Shown in pieces: positions 24,687-25,360 of a stretch of DNA of 25,360 bases. Both the position numbers and the translations under genes were made by a program. The stretch comes from a virus (Duplodnaviria; Caudoviricetes). The number at the start of each line of letters is the position of its first letter. Position 1 is the first letter of the stretch. The notes beneath the pieces are model-generated. The model worked only from the letters and a program-made list of their open reading frames with translations. It was not told where the DNA came from and made no database searches. Location of the stretch: the IMG/VR virus record IMGVR_UViG_3300037100_000035, positions 1 to 25,360 of that record; one strand, given 5' to 3'.

Positions 24687-25128
24687 AAATGGCGGATTTC
24701 TGCCGTTTTTTGAGGTTTCGGGATGGCTAAAAAGGATGGTCAAATGCCCCAAAAATGGCGGAAATCCGCCGTTTTTTGGGTATGAAATACCGAATGAAAT
24801 CAATCTGCTGGTTTTCAGATCATATGAAATGAAATCACAATAAATGGCGGATTTCTGCGGTTTTTGGTTGGTTGTGCTAGATCAATGAATGGTATTGAAT
24901 GAAATCATATGGCCAAACGGGCGGATTTCCGCCGTTTTTTGGCACTAGATAGTTTCACAATGCCACAACTTGCCCATAAATGGCGGATTTCTGCGGATTA
25001 TGCTGGGCAATGCCACACAATCGGGCGGATTAGGCTTGCTGGCATTGTCAGAAAGTGGCAGATTTCTGCGGATTATTGGACCATTTTGCTAGATTGACTG
25101 CCCCGCAAATGGCAGATTTCCGCCATTT
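24687..25128. repeat. Array of seven dispersed 22-bp imperfect palindromes, consensus AAATGGCRGAWWTCYGCSGTTT
   Basis: Copies start at 24687, 24753, 24842, 24916, 24978, 25053 and 25107, with a half copy (GGCGGATT) near 25024. Gaps are 44, 67, 52, 40, 53 and 32 bp. Confidence 0.9.
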
Positions 25129-25133
25129 CTGCC

Positions 25134-25360
25134 CCCGGCTGTCCCGGTGGACCTGTCCCGGCTGGCCTCCCGGCTGTCCCGGTGGACCTGTCCCGGCTGG
25201 CCTCCTGGCTGTCCCGGTGGACCTGTCCCGGCTGCCTCCCGGCTGTCCCGGTGGACCTGTCCCGGCTGCCTCCCGGCTCTCCCGGTGGACCTGTCCCGGT
25301 GGACCTGTCCCGGCTGCCTCCCGGCTGTCCCGGTGGACCTGTCCCGGCTGGCCTCCCGGC
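25134..25360. repeat. Composite minisatellite, unit CCCGGCTGT-CCCGGTGGACCTGT-CCCGGCTG(G)CCT; continues past the window edge
   Basis: Units start at 25134 (35 bp), 25169 (35), 25204 (34), 25238 (34), 25272 (48, extra 14-mer), 25320 (35) and 25355 (partial). Confidence 0.97.

Larger units (their letters stand above)
1..25360 (-). mobile_element. Phage/prophage late region: lambda-like head and packaging module plus Mu-like contractile tail; extends beyond both window edges
   Basis: Continuous co-oriented, tightly coupled gene order terS-terL-gpW-portal-S49-decoration-MCP-connectors-sheath-tube-TAC-TMP-gpN-gpP-gp45-gp46-gp47-gp48-fibres. No host housekeeping genes are present. Confidence 0.96.

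Noticed and set aside
24618-25097. Short ORFs 24618..24803 (-) and 24909..25097 (+)
   Set aside because: They are translations of the cos region and palindrome array, with atypical composition and no convincing RBS.
24687-25128. CRISPR array
   Set aside because: The repeats are short and degenerate, spacer lengths vary from 32 to 67 bp and share motifs with one another, and no cas genes are in the window.
25134-25360. CRISPR array or coding repeat
   Set aside because: Units are head-to-tail with no unique spacers, and mixed 34/35/48-bp lengths do not maintain a frame.
1-25360. Tailocin, contractile injection system or gene transfer agent
   Set aside because: A complete head and packaging module with a site-specific cos-like signal is present together with the contractile tail, which fits a genuine phage better.

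Overview
The whole window is the late (morphogenesis) region of a GC-rich tailed phage or prophage, read almost entirely on the minus strand. An alphaproteobacterial host is plausible but only inferred. From right to left it contains: a non-coding ~35-bp minisatellite that runs off the right edge; an AT-richer array of seven 22-bp imperfect palindromes; a lambda-like cos region (exact cosQ heptamer GGGTCCT); a divergent ASCH/HTH gene pair; a gpZ-like gene; lambda-type terminase, gpW, portal, S49 protease, scaffold-like, decoration and major capsid genes; head-tail connectors; a Mu-like contractile tail (sheath, tube, chaperone with a likely -1 frameshift, tape measure with lysozyme domain, gpN, gpP, gp45-48); and an atypical fibre module cut by the left edge. 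The most notable feature is a ~0.68-kb opposite-strand cassette between portal and protease. It carries a RepL-like winged-helix gene and an origin-like spacer (two DnaA boxes, an AT-rich patch, an 11-bp inverted repeat). It is bounded by a 6-bp direct repeat whose excision would restore an ATGA portal-protease overlap, so it is a candidate mini-replicon inside a head operon (possible phage-plasmid). No integrase, repressor cluster, lysis cassette, RNA genes or cas genes are visible. All family calls come from motif recognition and gene order, not from database searches.
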